64,000 nucleotides of DNA from an uncultured Hyphomonas sp. (lineage in GTDB: Bacteria; Pseudomonadota; Alphaproteobacteria; Caulobacterales; Hyphomonadaceae). Numbering within the stretch: position 1 is the stretch's first letter; each line of letters starts with the position of its first letter. A model generated the notes under the pieces. It did not search any database. It worked only from the letters and a program-made list of their open reading frames with translations, and was not told where the DNA came from. The stretch covers positions 297 through 64,296 of the forward strand of contig CAZXQD010000005.1 of assembly GCA_964643405.1 (NCBI GenBank). The letters are read 5' to 3'. The position numbers and the translations under genes were made by a program. Below, in pieces: positions 10,228-19,007 of this stretch.

Positions 10228-11490
10228 ATGCCGAAGCATTCCGCAATCCTCAAACGCGGCACCTCCATCCTGGCCGCAGCCGCAATTTTGATAACCGGCA
10301 GCCTGTCTGGCCTTGCACCCGCATCGATTGCCCACGCAAACCCGGTGAAGGTCTCGCGGCAGGTCGGTGAGCCGCTGCAGGAAGCGACCAAGCTTGCGCA
10401 GGCCGGAGACAACAAGGGGGCGCTGTTGAAGCTCGACGCCGCGGATGCCGCCGCGGCAAATGCACAGGAGCGTTACCAGATCGCGTCGGTTCGCCGGTAT
10501 GTCTATGTGCAGACGAAGGCCTATTCGAAACTCGCACCTGTTCTGGAGTCCCAACTGGCCTCAGGCCTGATGCCCGATTCAGAAGCGAAGACTGTCCGCC
10601 GCGAACTGGTACAGGTCTATGACCGCGCCGGCGACCTGACCAAGGCGATCAACGCCGCGAAGAACTACATCAACACCTACGGCCACGACGCTGACCTGAG
10701 TATCTATGTTGCTGCCAAGGCCCTTGAGACGAAGGACTACAAAGCCGCCGCGATCTGGTCGAAAAAGGCCATCGACGGTGAGCGCGCAGCCTCTCGGAAG
10801 GCGCCGGAAACCTGGTATCGTATCCGGATGAAGTCCGCCTATGAAGGTAAGGACATGGCCTCCTACTACGCCGCCATCGAAGACGTTGCCGCAATCTATC
10901 CCAACGAAACCTACTGGCGTGCGCTCGTCGGCAAGGCTCGCACCGAGCCCGGCTACACACCTGAACGTCTGGAACTTGACGAGTTCCGTGTGCTGATCGC
11001 TGCCGGCGTAAAGCTCACGGCGGAAGAGAAGCTCGGCATGGCTGAATCAGCCTTCGAGCGTGAACTCTCCGCCGAGGCCCTGTCGATCCTCGAGCCCATG
11101 GAGAAGTCCGGCGAGCTGAAGGCCGACGCATCCAAGGCTGCCCGCAACCAGCGCCTGCTCGACAAGGCAAAGACAGATACCGAAGCTGATCGCAAAGCCC
11201 TTGCCTCGATCGTGTCCGAAGCCAGGAAAAAGGCCGACGGGCAAGCCCTTGCGAACGTGGCCGAGATGTCGCTCGCCTTCGGCGATGCAAAAGGCGCTGC
11301 TGAACTTTATACGGCTGCCCTCGCAAAGACGCTTGATCCGGCAACGGCCGCTACCGCGCGCCTTCGCCTCGGCATTGCCCAGTTCCGCGCGGGCGACGTT
11401 GCCGGCGCGAAGAAAACCTGGGCCAGCGTGAAGGCGACCGATGGCACCCAGGACATCGCCAAGGTGTGGACGATCGTCGCTGCGAAGTAG
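10228..11490 (+). CDS. Exported TPR-like helical repeat protein of the tonB-exbBDD operon
   Basis: Signal peptide ending AHA; Ala-rich helical repeats (ARLRLGIAQFRAGD); operon position. Confidence 0.75.
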   Translation: MPKHSAILKRGTSILAAAAILITGSLSGLAPASIAHANPVKVSRQVGEPLQEATKLAQAGDNKGALLKLDAADAAAANAQERYQIASVRRYVYVQTKAYSKLAPVLESQLASGLMPDSEAKTVRRELVQVYDRAGDLTKAINAAKNYINTYGHDADLSIYVAAKALETKDYKAAAIWSKKAIDGERAASRKAPETWYRIRMKSAYEGKDMASYYAAIEDVAAIYPNETYWRALVGKARTEPGYTPERLELDEFRVLIAAGVKLTAEEKLGMAESAFERELSAEALSILEPMEKSGELKADASKAARNQRLLDKAKTDTEADRKALASIVSEARKKADGQALANVAEMSLAFGDAKGAAELYTAALAKTLDPATAATARLRLGIAQFRAGDVAGAKKTWASVKATDGTQDIAKVWTIVAAK

Positions 11491-11496
11491 TGCCGG

Positions 11497-12864
11497 TCAG
11501 TCCTTTGAAAGGACCAGCCTGACCCTCAGGCCCGGCTCGTTATCTTCGAGCCAGATCGAACCCTTGTGCAGGACGGCGCAGGCTTTTGCGATAGCAAGGC
11601 CGAGGCCGATCCCGCCCGGGGGCTCGTTGTCGCCCTGGGTGAAACGCTTCAGAAGCTGCTCACGGTCCGCATGCGGAACACCTGTGCCGGAGTCGCTCAC
11701 GATCACTTCGGCATGACCGGGAACGCTGCGCAGGCCCAGCGTCACATTGGTCCCCTCCGGTGCATGCTTGATCGCGTTCTCTACCAGGTTTGATACTGCC
11801 TGCATCAGCAAGGCGCGGTGGCCTAGAACCTTCACAGGATCCGGCGCCTCAAGGACGAGATGTCCGCCCCGCTCTTCGATCAGAGGCTCAAACAGGGTCT
11901 GCACATCGACCAGCACGCTTCGCAGGTCCAACATGTCCATAACGTCGCGTGACAGGCCGCCGCTGGCGCGTGCAATGTCGATGAGCGTCGAGAAAGTCGA
12001 CACGATGTGGTTGGACTGCTGCAGCGCGGCTTCCAGCGCCTGGTCGCGGTCGGCTTCAGACTGCGCTTCGATACCGGATTCGAGAAATCGCTTGAGGCGG
12101 GACAGAGGCGTTCGAAGGTCGTGCGCGAGGCTGTCGGTGATAGTGGTCAGGCCCACCACCAGATGCTCAATCCGCTCCAGCATCACGTTTTGCGCTCTCG
12201 CGATCTGGCCGAAGGGACTTGCCTCTTCAGCCCCTTCTGCGCGAGCAGAGAAATCCCCGCGTGTGACCTTGGATGCCACAGTCGCGAGCGAGAGCACCTT
12301 TGAACGCACATAAAGCGTAATGAGTGCTGCCGCGATGAAGCACACGGCCACAACGATCACGAGCGCGATGAAGCCCGCTTCGACAATCTGTGAACGGAAC
12401 CTGTCCATCGCCGCGTCAGTATTGCCGACAATGAGCAGGCTATCATCCTGCAAACGGACGCTGCTGAGATAGACGGGCGTCAGGCTGTTCTCGCCGAGCT
12501 TCTGCCAGGCGAGCCCGGGAATAAGCCCATCCGGGATCCGGCGGAGGTTTCCGGCGATCAACCTGCCCTGCGGGTCGGTCAGCGCATAGATGCGTTCGTT
12601 CGTGTCATTGCGTGTGGTGAGCCGGTAGCGGATCGCGGTGAGCAGTTCATCGCGACCTTCCGCGTCGTAGATGCTGCGCAACTGCGCGACCTCTATCGCA
12701 ACCGTTTCTGCCTGCGCCGCAGCAATCGTGCGCCGGCCAGCCTGGTCAACAAAGGAGAGCGCGCCGCCGACGACGACAGCCGCAAGGAACAGGAACCCGA
12801 CTGTCAGCCACAGCCCCCACCGCTCCGGCCAATCCAGTGCGTCAGGTCCCGGCTTGCGGTTCAC
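11497..12864 (-). CDS. HAMP-domain sensor histidine kinase
   Basis: Two TMs; LAHDLRTPL H-box, NLVENAIKH, DSGTGV, GIGLGLAI. Confidence 0.93.
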   Translation of the reverse strand: MNRKPGPDALDWPERWGLWLTVGFLFLAAVVVGGALSFVDQAGRRTIAAAQAETVAIEVAQLRSIYDAEGRDELLTAIRYRLTTRNDTNERIYALTDPQGRLIAGNLRRIPDGLIPGLAWQKLGENSLTPVYLSSVRLQDDSLLIVGNTDAAMDRFRSQIVEAGFIALVIVVAVCFIAAALITLYVRSKVLSLATVASKVTRGDFSARAEGAEEASPFGQIARAQNVMLERIEHLVVGLTTITDSLAHDLRTPLSRLKRFLESGIEAQSEADRDQALEAALQQSNHIVSTFSTLIDIARASGGLSRDVMDMLDLRSVLVDVQTLFEPLIEERGGHLVLEAPDPVKVLGHRALLMQAVSNLVENAIKHAPEGTNVTLGLRSVPGHAEVIVSDSGTGVPHADREQLLKRFTQGDNEPPGGIGLGLAIAKACAVLHKGSIWLEDNEPGLRVRLVLSKD

Positions 12865-13550
12865 GGCGTTTCGGAAAGTCTGTAGCCGACATTGCGCACT
12901 GTATGCAGCAGCGGCTGGGCGAATCCGTCATCGAGTTTCTTCCGCAGGCGGCTTACGTGCGTGTCGATAAGGCTGGTATGCGGATCGAACCGATAGTCCC
13001 ATACATGTTCCAGGAGCGCGCTGCGGGTAACGATCCGGTCCTGGTTCTGCATCAGGTATTCGAGGATCTGGAACTCCTTGGGCAGCAGGTTGATCGGCTT
13101 CTCATCCCGCTTGACCCGGCGCGTCAGCAGGTCCAGCTCCAGCCCGCCGCAGCGCAGGACCGTTTCGCTGGGCCGGCCGCTATGGCGACGGTTGAGTATC
13201 TCCAACCGGATGATCAGCTCGCTCAGTGTGAAGGGCTTCACAAGGTAATCGTCGGCACCTGCCCGCAGGCCGTTCACCCGCTCATCCGCATGGGCCAGCG
13301 CCGAAAGGATGATCACCGGCGTCGCGATCTGCGCTGCACGCAAGGAACGCAGAACCGAGAGCCCGTCCAGCTGCGGCAGGTTTCGGTCGAGCACGATCGC
13401 GTCGAAATGTTCGCGTGTGGCAAGATACAAGGCGTCCGGCCCTGTGCCCGCCAACTCCACGGAATGGCCTTCCTGACGCAGACCGTTGACGATGAACTCC
13501 GCTTCGGCGGCGTTGTCTTCCACGACCAGGATACGTTGTAGTTTTGGCAA
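12861..13550 (-). CDS. OmpR-family response regulator
   Basis: ILVVED, VLDRNLP, GADDYLVKPF, winged-helix LHTVRNVGY; TTG start at 13550 inferred. Confidence 0.92.
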   Translation of the reverse strand: MPKLQRILVVEDNAAEAEFIVNGLRQEGHSVELAGTGPDALYLATREHFDAIVLDRNLPQLDGLSVLRSLRAAQIATPVIILSALAHADERVNGLRAGADDYLVKPFTLSELIIRLEILNRRHSGRPSETVLRCGGLELDLLTRRVKRDEKPINLLPKEFQILEYLMQNQDRIVTRSALLEHVWDYRFDPHTSLIDTHVSRLRKKLDDGFAQPLLHTVRNVGYRLSETP

Positions 13551-13648
13551 GTTCTTGGATTCCGGAGCTTTACGCCTTCTAACCGATAATGTGCGATAAC
13601 TTGAAGGGCGATGGCGCGGCCAACTGCAAATTGCGCGCCGCCCTGCAC

Positions 13649-14623
13649 TCAGGCGAGCCATCCCTGCAAGCAGCGTGACAGGCGCGCGGGCGAATCCCGG
13701 TACTGGAACAAGGCCGCCAGCCCCTCTCGTTCGGCGATTTCCATACCCTGTTCATCACCGGCGGCGAACAGAGCAGTCGCCCAGGCGTCCGCAACTGCGC
13801 AGGAGGCGTGCACGACGCTGACACTGGCAAGGTCGCCTCCTGTAAGGGTGCGGCAGGGATGGGGTACGATGTGGGACACCTTTTCACCATCCGCGATACG
13901 GACTTGCCTGTAGTCTCCGGAAGTGGCGAGCGCGGCACCGCAAAGAGCGATCCGGAAGGCACCAGCCGCGGGGAATGTCGTCTCAATGTCGACCCACCAA
14001 GGCATGCCTTCCGGCTTGACGCCGCATGCGGCAAACTCCCCGCCGATCTCGACAAGGAACCGAGCAACGCCGAGGCCTGCCAACGCCCTTGCCATTTCAT
14101 CGACCGCATAGCCTTTGGCGATGGCTGACAGGTCGAGAACAACACCGCCGGTTTGGCGAAGTGTGCCATCCCCCGGAAGGAGTGTGTTCCAGACCGCGTT
14201 TCCGGCAAACGAACTTGCGTTCCCAGACGCGCAGCCCGGGCCGCCAAACCCTCGCCGCCAGACCTGCGCACCCAGGCAGGGGTCGAACGCCCCCGCCGAT
14301 CGTACCGCGATATCAATTGCAGACTCCAGGACATCGATGACGCGTGGATCGACCTGCAGGCTTTCGCCTGCGGCGAGACAATTGAACCGGGACACCTGGG
14401 ACGACTGCTCCCAGGTGCTGAACGCGGCAATCATTTCGGCAAAGCATGTTTCGAACGTGTCGGCGACGCGTTCCTCCGCCAGGGCCGGCGGCGCATACCA
14501 TGCCGCAGACCAATGTGTGCCCATGGTGGCACCGGACAGCCGACCGGCACCAAACGCGCTGCCGTTTGCGCTCATCGCATCCCTGTCAAGTTTGACGGGG
14601 ATGAGCAGGTTCACCTCGCTCAC
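13649..14623 (-). CDS. apbE: FAD:protein FMN transferase (ApbE)
   Basis: ATMGT, DLSAIAKGYAVD, VEIGGE, ATSGDYR, ADAWATAL. Confidence 0.92.
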   Translation of the reverse strand: MSEVNLLIPVKLDRDAMSANGSAFGAGRLSGATMGTHWSAAWYAPPALAEERVADTFETCFAEMIAAFSTWEQSSQVSRFNCLAAGESLQVDPRVIDVLESAIDIAVRSAGAFDPCLGAQVWRRGFGGPGCASGNASSFAGNAVWNTLLPGDGTLRQTGGVVLDLSAIAKGYAVDEMARALAGLGVARFLVEIGGEFAACGVKPEGMPWWVDIETTFPAAGAFRIALCGAALATSGDYRQVRIADGEKVSHIVPHPCRTLTGGDLASVSVVHASCAVADAWATALFAAGDEQGMEIAEREGLAALFQYRDSPARLSRCLQGWLA

Positions 14624-15435
14624 AAGGGCAGTGCCTCGAACGTGAAGACATAGGTGCTCACTATACGGATGGGATTCCCGTCCAACGCACCTGTTGTTTC
14701 ATGCTCCGCACTCAACCAGTACGGGCCTGCTTCGGTCGGCGAAAAGGCAATGGCGCCGTCTGCGCCGGTTATGAGCGTCAGGGCATCTTCCGAATTGCGA
14801 TAGCGGTCGTTGCCGCGCACAATCTCCACGGTCACGCCTTGAGCGGGCCTGCCGTCCAGAAACAACGCGAAGGACACGTCCTCGCCGGCAAACACATCGC
14901 TCGGGTGGGTGATCGGCTTCAATTCCAGACCGGTGCCTTCCGAGGCGAACACGCCGGATGTGGGATTTCCGAGTGTCACGAAGGTTTCATTCCGCCGTAC
15001 GCTGCGCACCACGGTAACGCCGGGCTTTTTGAAAATGCCTTCAGCCTTAAGCTGCGCTTCGCCGCCGCGCCAGCGTTTGCGCTCACCGCCCTCTTCCCAG
15101 CTTGCGGAATAACCTGCCCCACCCGACGAAATTCTGTATGTGCCCTGACGATCCAGCTTCAGATCGAATACTGACCGGTATTTCCCGGTTGACGCGTAGT
15201 CGACGTCCACAGGCGTGCCATCGGGAGCATAGGCCTTCACAGACTCAAGGTTCAGCGCGTTATGATTTGGGTAGAAGAGATTGTTGGACACCGCAGCATC
15301 CACACTCACCCATTGCTCATCGCCGGAAAGGGTGAAGGACGTGGGCAGCATCCACGCTCTGTGGGCGGTAGCTGTACCGGCAAGGGACAGCGCGGCCATT
15401 GCGGCAGCGCAGAGTTTGAACAAGGCAGGCTTCAT
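14620..15435 (-). CDS. DUF4198 periplasmic protein
   Basis: Signal peptide then AHRAWMLP, VSVDAAVSN, GLELKPITHP; position in ApbE cluster. Confidence 0.8.
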   Translation of the reverse strand: MKPALFKLCAAAMAALSLAGTATAHRAWMLPTSFTLSGDEQWVSVDAAVSNNLFYPNHNALNLESVKAYAPDGTPVDVDYASTGKYRSVFDLKLDRQGTYRISSGGAGYSASWEEGGERKRWRGGEAQLKAEGIFKKPGVTVVRSVRRNETFVTLGNPTSGVFASEGTGLELKPITHPSDVFAGEDVSFALFLDGRPAQGVTVEIVRGNDRYRNSEDALTLITGADGAIAFSPTEAGPYWLSAEHETTGALDGNPIRIVSTYVFTFEALPL

Positions 15436-15464
15436 CGTTGTCTCCAATTGTGTTCGGTGGGTGA

Positions 15465-15977
15465 TCAATCACGCAGGCTGAGGCTGACGCGGCCGAGTTC
15501 GCGCGTGCCTTCAGCACCCTTGGCAGCGGCCAGTGGCCAGGTGAACGGCACGCTGACCATTTCACGCCCACCGACTTCCCGAGCTGCCTCGACCACGAGC
15601 GTATAGTTCCCCGGCGCCAGCCCCGCGAGCGGGCCCTTGTCGGTGTCGAGTACGATCCGGTGCGCACCGGGCGCCTTTGTCGGCCCGGAGATGCCGTCCA
15701 CCGGCATTTCGAGGAAGCGTCCCGACCGGCGCCACCACTGACGCAAATCCTTCAGCCAGGTTTCCCCCGCATCGGCCCCACGCTTTTCCTGCTGGTACCA
15801 GACTGCAAGGTTCGCTGCGACCGACTGGTCGGCATTTGCTACCCATACCGCGACGTAGGGCCGGTGATACTCCGCAACATCAAGGCGCGGGATCGCAACT
15901 TCGATTTCCATTGTGTCGGCAAGGGCGGCAGAGCCAGTCAGGACCGACAGGCCAGCGATTGTCAGGATTGCACGCAT
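15465..15977 (-). CDS. DUF2271 protein (predicted flavinylation substrate)
   Basis: YHRPYVAVW, WLKDLRQWWR, DGISGPT, VEAAREVGGRE. Confidence 0.85.
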   Translation of the reverse strand: MRAILTIAGLSVLTGSAALADTMEIEVAIPRLDVAEYHRPYVAVWVANADQSVAANLAVWYQQEKRGADAGETWLKDLRQWWRRSGRFLEMPVDGISGPTKAPGAHRIVLDTDKGPLAGLAPGNYTLVVEAAREVGGREMVSVPFTWPLAAAKGAEGTRELGRVSLSLRD

Positions 15978-15987
15978 ACGGAATACC

Positions 15988-16677
15988 TCACATGTGAACA
16001 AAGAGAAGAAGGAGAATGGTGGGCACACCGATCCCGGCGGCCACCAATGGCCAGGTTGAACCGCGACGCGCCGAATGAATCTGGAGGAGCCAGAGGCCTG
16101 ACAGGCAGAACACGATGCAGGCCGCCGCGAAAACGTCGAGGAACAACGACCAGACGGGGCCAGTATTGCGCCCCTTGTGCAGGTCGTTCAGGTAGGCGAC
16201 TGCCCCGCGCGAAGTGACTTCATAGGTCACCTCGCCCGTCTCCCGGTCGATACTGAGCCACGCATCACCGCCGGGTCGCGGTAGGCTTACGTACACGTCG
16301 ATATCGGTCCATTCTGCGGGCACATCCGGCACGTCCGCACCCACGGCCCGCTTCAGTTCGCGGCGCACCGGCAAAGGCAGGCTATCGTCGGTAGCGGCGA
16401 TCACATCTGGCTGGATAGCGGCTAGCGCGGCTGGCGACAGTACGGCTTCGGACGTCTGGATTTCCGGCGCGACCTCAATGTCGCGCGCGTGATTCAGCGT
16501 TATCCCCGTGGCGGCGAAAAGCAGCATGCCGATCAGGCAGATTGCCCCCGACATCCAGTGCCAGGTTCGAGCTTGCCGCTTCCAGAAACCGGCTGTCGAG
16601 AGTTTCTCGAGCAGTCCGGGCGTGCGGTTTTCACCACCGGATTCGGCGGATCCCGCTGTAAGAAATGAGTTTTTCAA
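15988..16677 (-). CDS. PepSY-associated TM helix protein
   Basis: WHWMSGA, FAATGITLNH, LNDLHKGRNTG; start uncertain. Confidence 0.85.
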   Translation of the reverse strand: MKNSFLTAGSAESGGENRTPGLLEKLSTAGFWKRQARTWHWMSGAICLIGMLLFAATGITLNHARDIEVAPEIQTSEAVLSPAALAAIQPDVIAATDDSLPLPVRRELKRAVGADVPDVPAEWTDIDVYVSLPRPGGDAWLSIDRETGEVTYEVTSRGAVAYLNDLHKGRNTGPVWSLFLDVFAAACIVFCLSGLWLLQIHSARRGSTWPLVAAGIGVPTILLLLFVHM

Positions 16678-16734
16678 GCCGTAGTCGCCCGCGTTCGGTC
16701 ACCGTTTCACGGGTGATGCACGAGACCGGCACTA

Positions 16735-16760
16735 ATTGCAAGTCATTCTCATTCTCAATT
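16735..16760. promoter_or_regulatory. Fur-box-like iron operator
   Basis: Minus strand reads AATTGAGAATGAGAATGACTTGCAAT: GAGAAT hexamer repeats upstream of the PepSY/ApbE operon. Confidence 0.65.
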
Positions 16761-16808
16761 CCCGCAAGGTCCAAACCTGCTCCCATGCTGCGCCTTCTCG
16801 CCATCGTT

Positions 16809-19007
16809 TCAGGTCTGATCACCTTTTACGCGCTGAGCGCGGGCCGGGCGTGGAGCCCGGCGATAGGCGCCGGACACCAGGGCCGTCGGCCACCCGCGTT
16901 TCTCCGATGTGCGCACCGAGAGGAACTGGAAGCTCAGTGCGCGCATGTCCTTGCAGGAGTTGAGCAACGCCATTTGCTCGTTGCCTTTCAGCATCGAGAC
17001 ATAATCGGAAATGCTCCCCGCCTTTTCGGCTTTCGCACGTGCCACCGCGAGCGGCACATGGACGCCGCCGTGCGCAAGCGCCCAGTACGGATCAACCATA
17101 TAGCTGCGACGGTGGATCTCGTGCGGCTCATTCAGGAGCGATTGCAGCGTGTAGGGCTGAAGTCCCTCGAACGCGGCACGGGCCGCGACGGACTCCGTAC
17201 AGGAGGCCGGCGGAAAGGTATCATGCGGGGTGGAAAGAAGGCCGGCTTCGCGCGCCTTGCGACCCGCAGAGCTTTTCGCGGTGAAGTACGACACCGGCGC
17301 ACTCAGGATCAGGCCTATGGTCGCTGGCGCAAGCCAGGCGGCATGGACAGGCGAAATGATGATCGCCGACACCGTGAGCACAACGCCGAGCAACGTGGCC
17401 GGCAGGTTGTGCCGGAACGTCGTGGCGAAGGAGTAGCCATCGTCGCCGCGCCGCTGCGGGGCCCAGCCGGAATCGCGGCCCGACAATACGCTGATCACGG
17501 CGCTCGTTTGCGTCACCATAAGCATCGGCGCCGTCAGAACCGAGAGCAGCGTTTCCGTCAGTGTGCCGAGGATCGTACGCCATGCGCCGACACCCTTGCG
17601 CCATGCGCTATTGCTGAGTCCGTAGATCAGGCCGCAAATCTTCGGTGTGAACAGGATGATCATGGTCGCAATGAACAGGTTCAGGGCGCGCTCGGAGTCG
17701 ATCACCGGCCAGGACGGGAATAGTGCAATGCCATCTCCAAAATAGTCCGGCACGAGGAAGCTGTTCTGGAGCGACAAGACCATGCCGATACAGATGAACA
17801 GCAACCAGAGCGGCGAAGAGAGGTAGGAGAAGATGCCGGTGATAAGGTGGAAGCGGCTGGTGAATGTCAGCCCCCGCGCCTTCAGCAGCACGGCCATATG
17901 TTGCATGTTGCCTTGACACCAGCGACGGTCGCGGACGACCAGATCGATGATCGTCGGCGGACCCTGTTCGTAAGAGCCACCGATTTCAGGCCGCACTTCC
18001 ACGTTCCATCCTGCCCGGCGCAGCATCGCTGCCTCGACAAAGTCATGGCTCATGATCGTGCCACCAAACGGCGCGCGGCCCGGAATTACAGGCAGGCCCG
18101 CAGCTTCCGCAAGTGCGCGTACACGGATGATCGCGTTGTGCCCCCAGAAGTTGCCTTCCTTCTGCGCCCACCAGGCGATGCCATGGCCCAGCACTGGGCC
18201 GTACAGTGCAGCGGCGAACTGCTGATAGCGGCCGAACAGCGTTTCCACGCCGACGAGCTGCGGAATGGTCTGGATCAGTCCTGTTTTTGGCGAAGCCTGC
18301 ATCGCGTCGACGAGGCGCAGGATGGCATCGCGTTCCATATAGCTGTCGGCATCGTACACGATCATGTAATCGTAACGGCCGCCCCAACGCGTCACGAAAT
18401 CACGGATGTTGCCGGACTTGCGGTGGAGGTTGATCGTGCGCCGGCGGTACCGGACCTTCACGTCCGCTGGCCGCAGCGCCTGAATGCGCTCGTAGGCGGC
18501 TTCCTCGCGCAAGGCGATGGACGGATCGGTCGTGTCACTAAGAATGAAGCACTCAAAATTGCCCGGTGCTCCGGAAAGGCTCTGCGCCGTGGACAGGACC
18601 GTTGCGAAGATCTGGTCCACATCTTCGTTGTAGATCGGGAACGCAATCACGGTGCGCGCACCTGCGATGCGGGTGACGTTGATCTTCTCTTCCGGACGGC
18701 TGGCGGTCGCCAGAGCCGAGCCCAAGCCCGCAAGCGCGTTGATGAACGCAAAGCAGACCCAGCTGATGTTGAGCGTGAACACAACGAGCAGCGCCCATTC
18801 GAACACGGTCAGGCCGGAGACTTTCAGCACCTGGTACATTTCGTGCGTTGCCCAGCCCGTCATGAGCAGGGTCGATGCGAACACGAATACCTTCCGCCAC
18901 ATCACGGATTTCGGCCGGAAACGGTCACGTTCTGCAGCCGGGCTGGCGAATGCCTGGTCCGGCATTGCGACGGGAAATTCAATCGGGCGGGCGCGAAAAT
19001 CGGTCAT
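16809..19007 (-). CDS. opgH: Periplasmic glucan biosynthesis glucosyltransferase OpgH/MdoH
   Basis: FPIYNED, ILSDT, KSGNIRDF, YDADS, GNFWGHNAIIR, SHDFVEAA, RDRRWCQGN. Confidence 0.95.
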   Translation of the reverse strand: MTDFRARPIEFPVAMPDQAFASPAAERDRFRPKSVMWRKVFVFASTLLMTGWATHEMYQVLKVSGLTVFEWALLVVFTLNISWVCFAFINALAGLGSALATASRPEEKINVTRIAGARTVIAFPIYNEDVDQIFATVLSTAQSLSGAPGNFECFILSDTTDPSIALREEAAYERIQALRPADVKVRYRRRTINLHRKSGNIRDFVTRWGGRYDYMIVYDADSYMERDAILRLVDAMQASPKTGLIQTIPQLVGVETLFGRYQQFAAALYGPVLGHGIAWWAQKEGNFWGHNAIIRVRALAEAAGLPVIPGRAPFGGTIMSHDFVEAAMLRRAGWNVEVRPEIGGSYEQGPPTIIDLVVRDRRWCQGNMQHMAVLLKARGLTFTSRFHLITGIFSYLSSPLWLLFICIGMVLSLQNSFLVPDYFGDGIALFPSWPVIDSERALNLFIATMIILFTPKICGLIYGLSNSAWRKGVGAWRTILGTLTETLLSVLTAPMLMVTQTSAVISVLSGRDSGWAPQRRGDDGYSFATTFRHNLPATLLGVVLTVSAIIISPVHAAWLAPATIGLILSAPVSYFTAKSSAGRKAREAGLLSTPHDTFPPASCTESVAARAAFEGLQPYTLQSLLNEPHEIHRRSYMVDPYWALAHGGVHVPLAVARAKAEKAGSISDYVSMLKGNEQMALLNSCKDMRALSFQFLSVRTSEKRGWPTALVSGAYRRAPRPARAQRVKGDQT

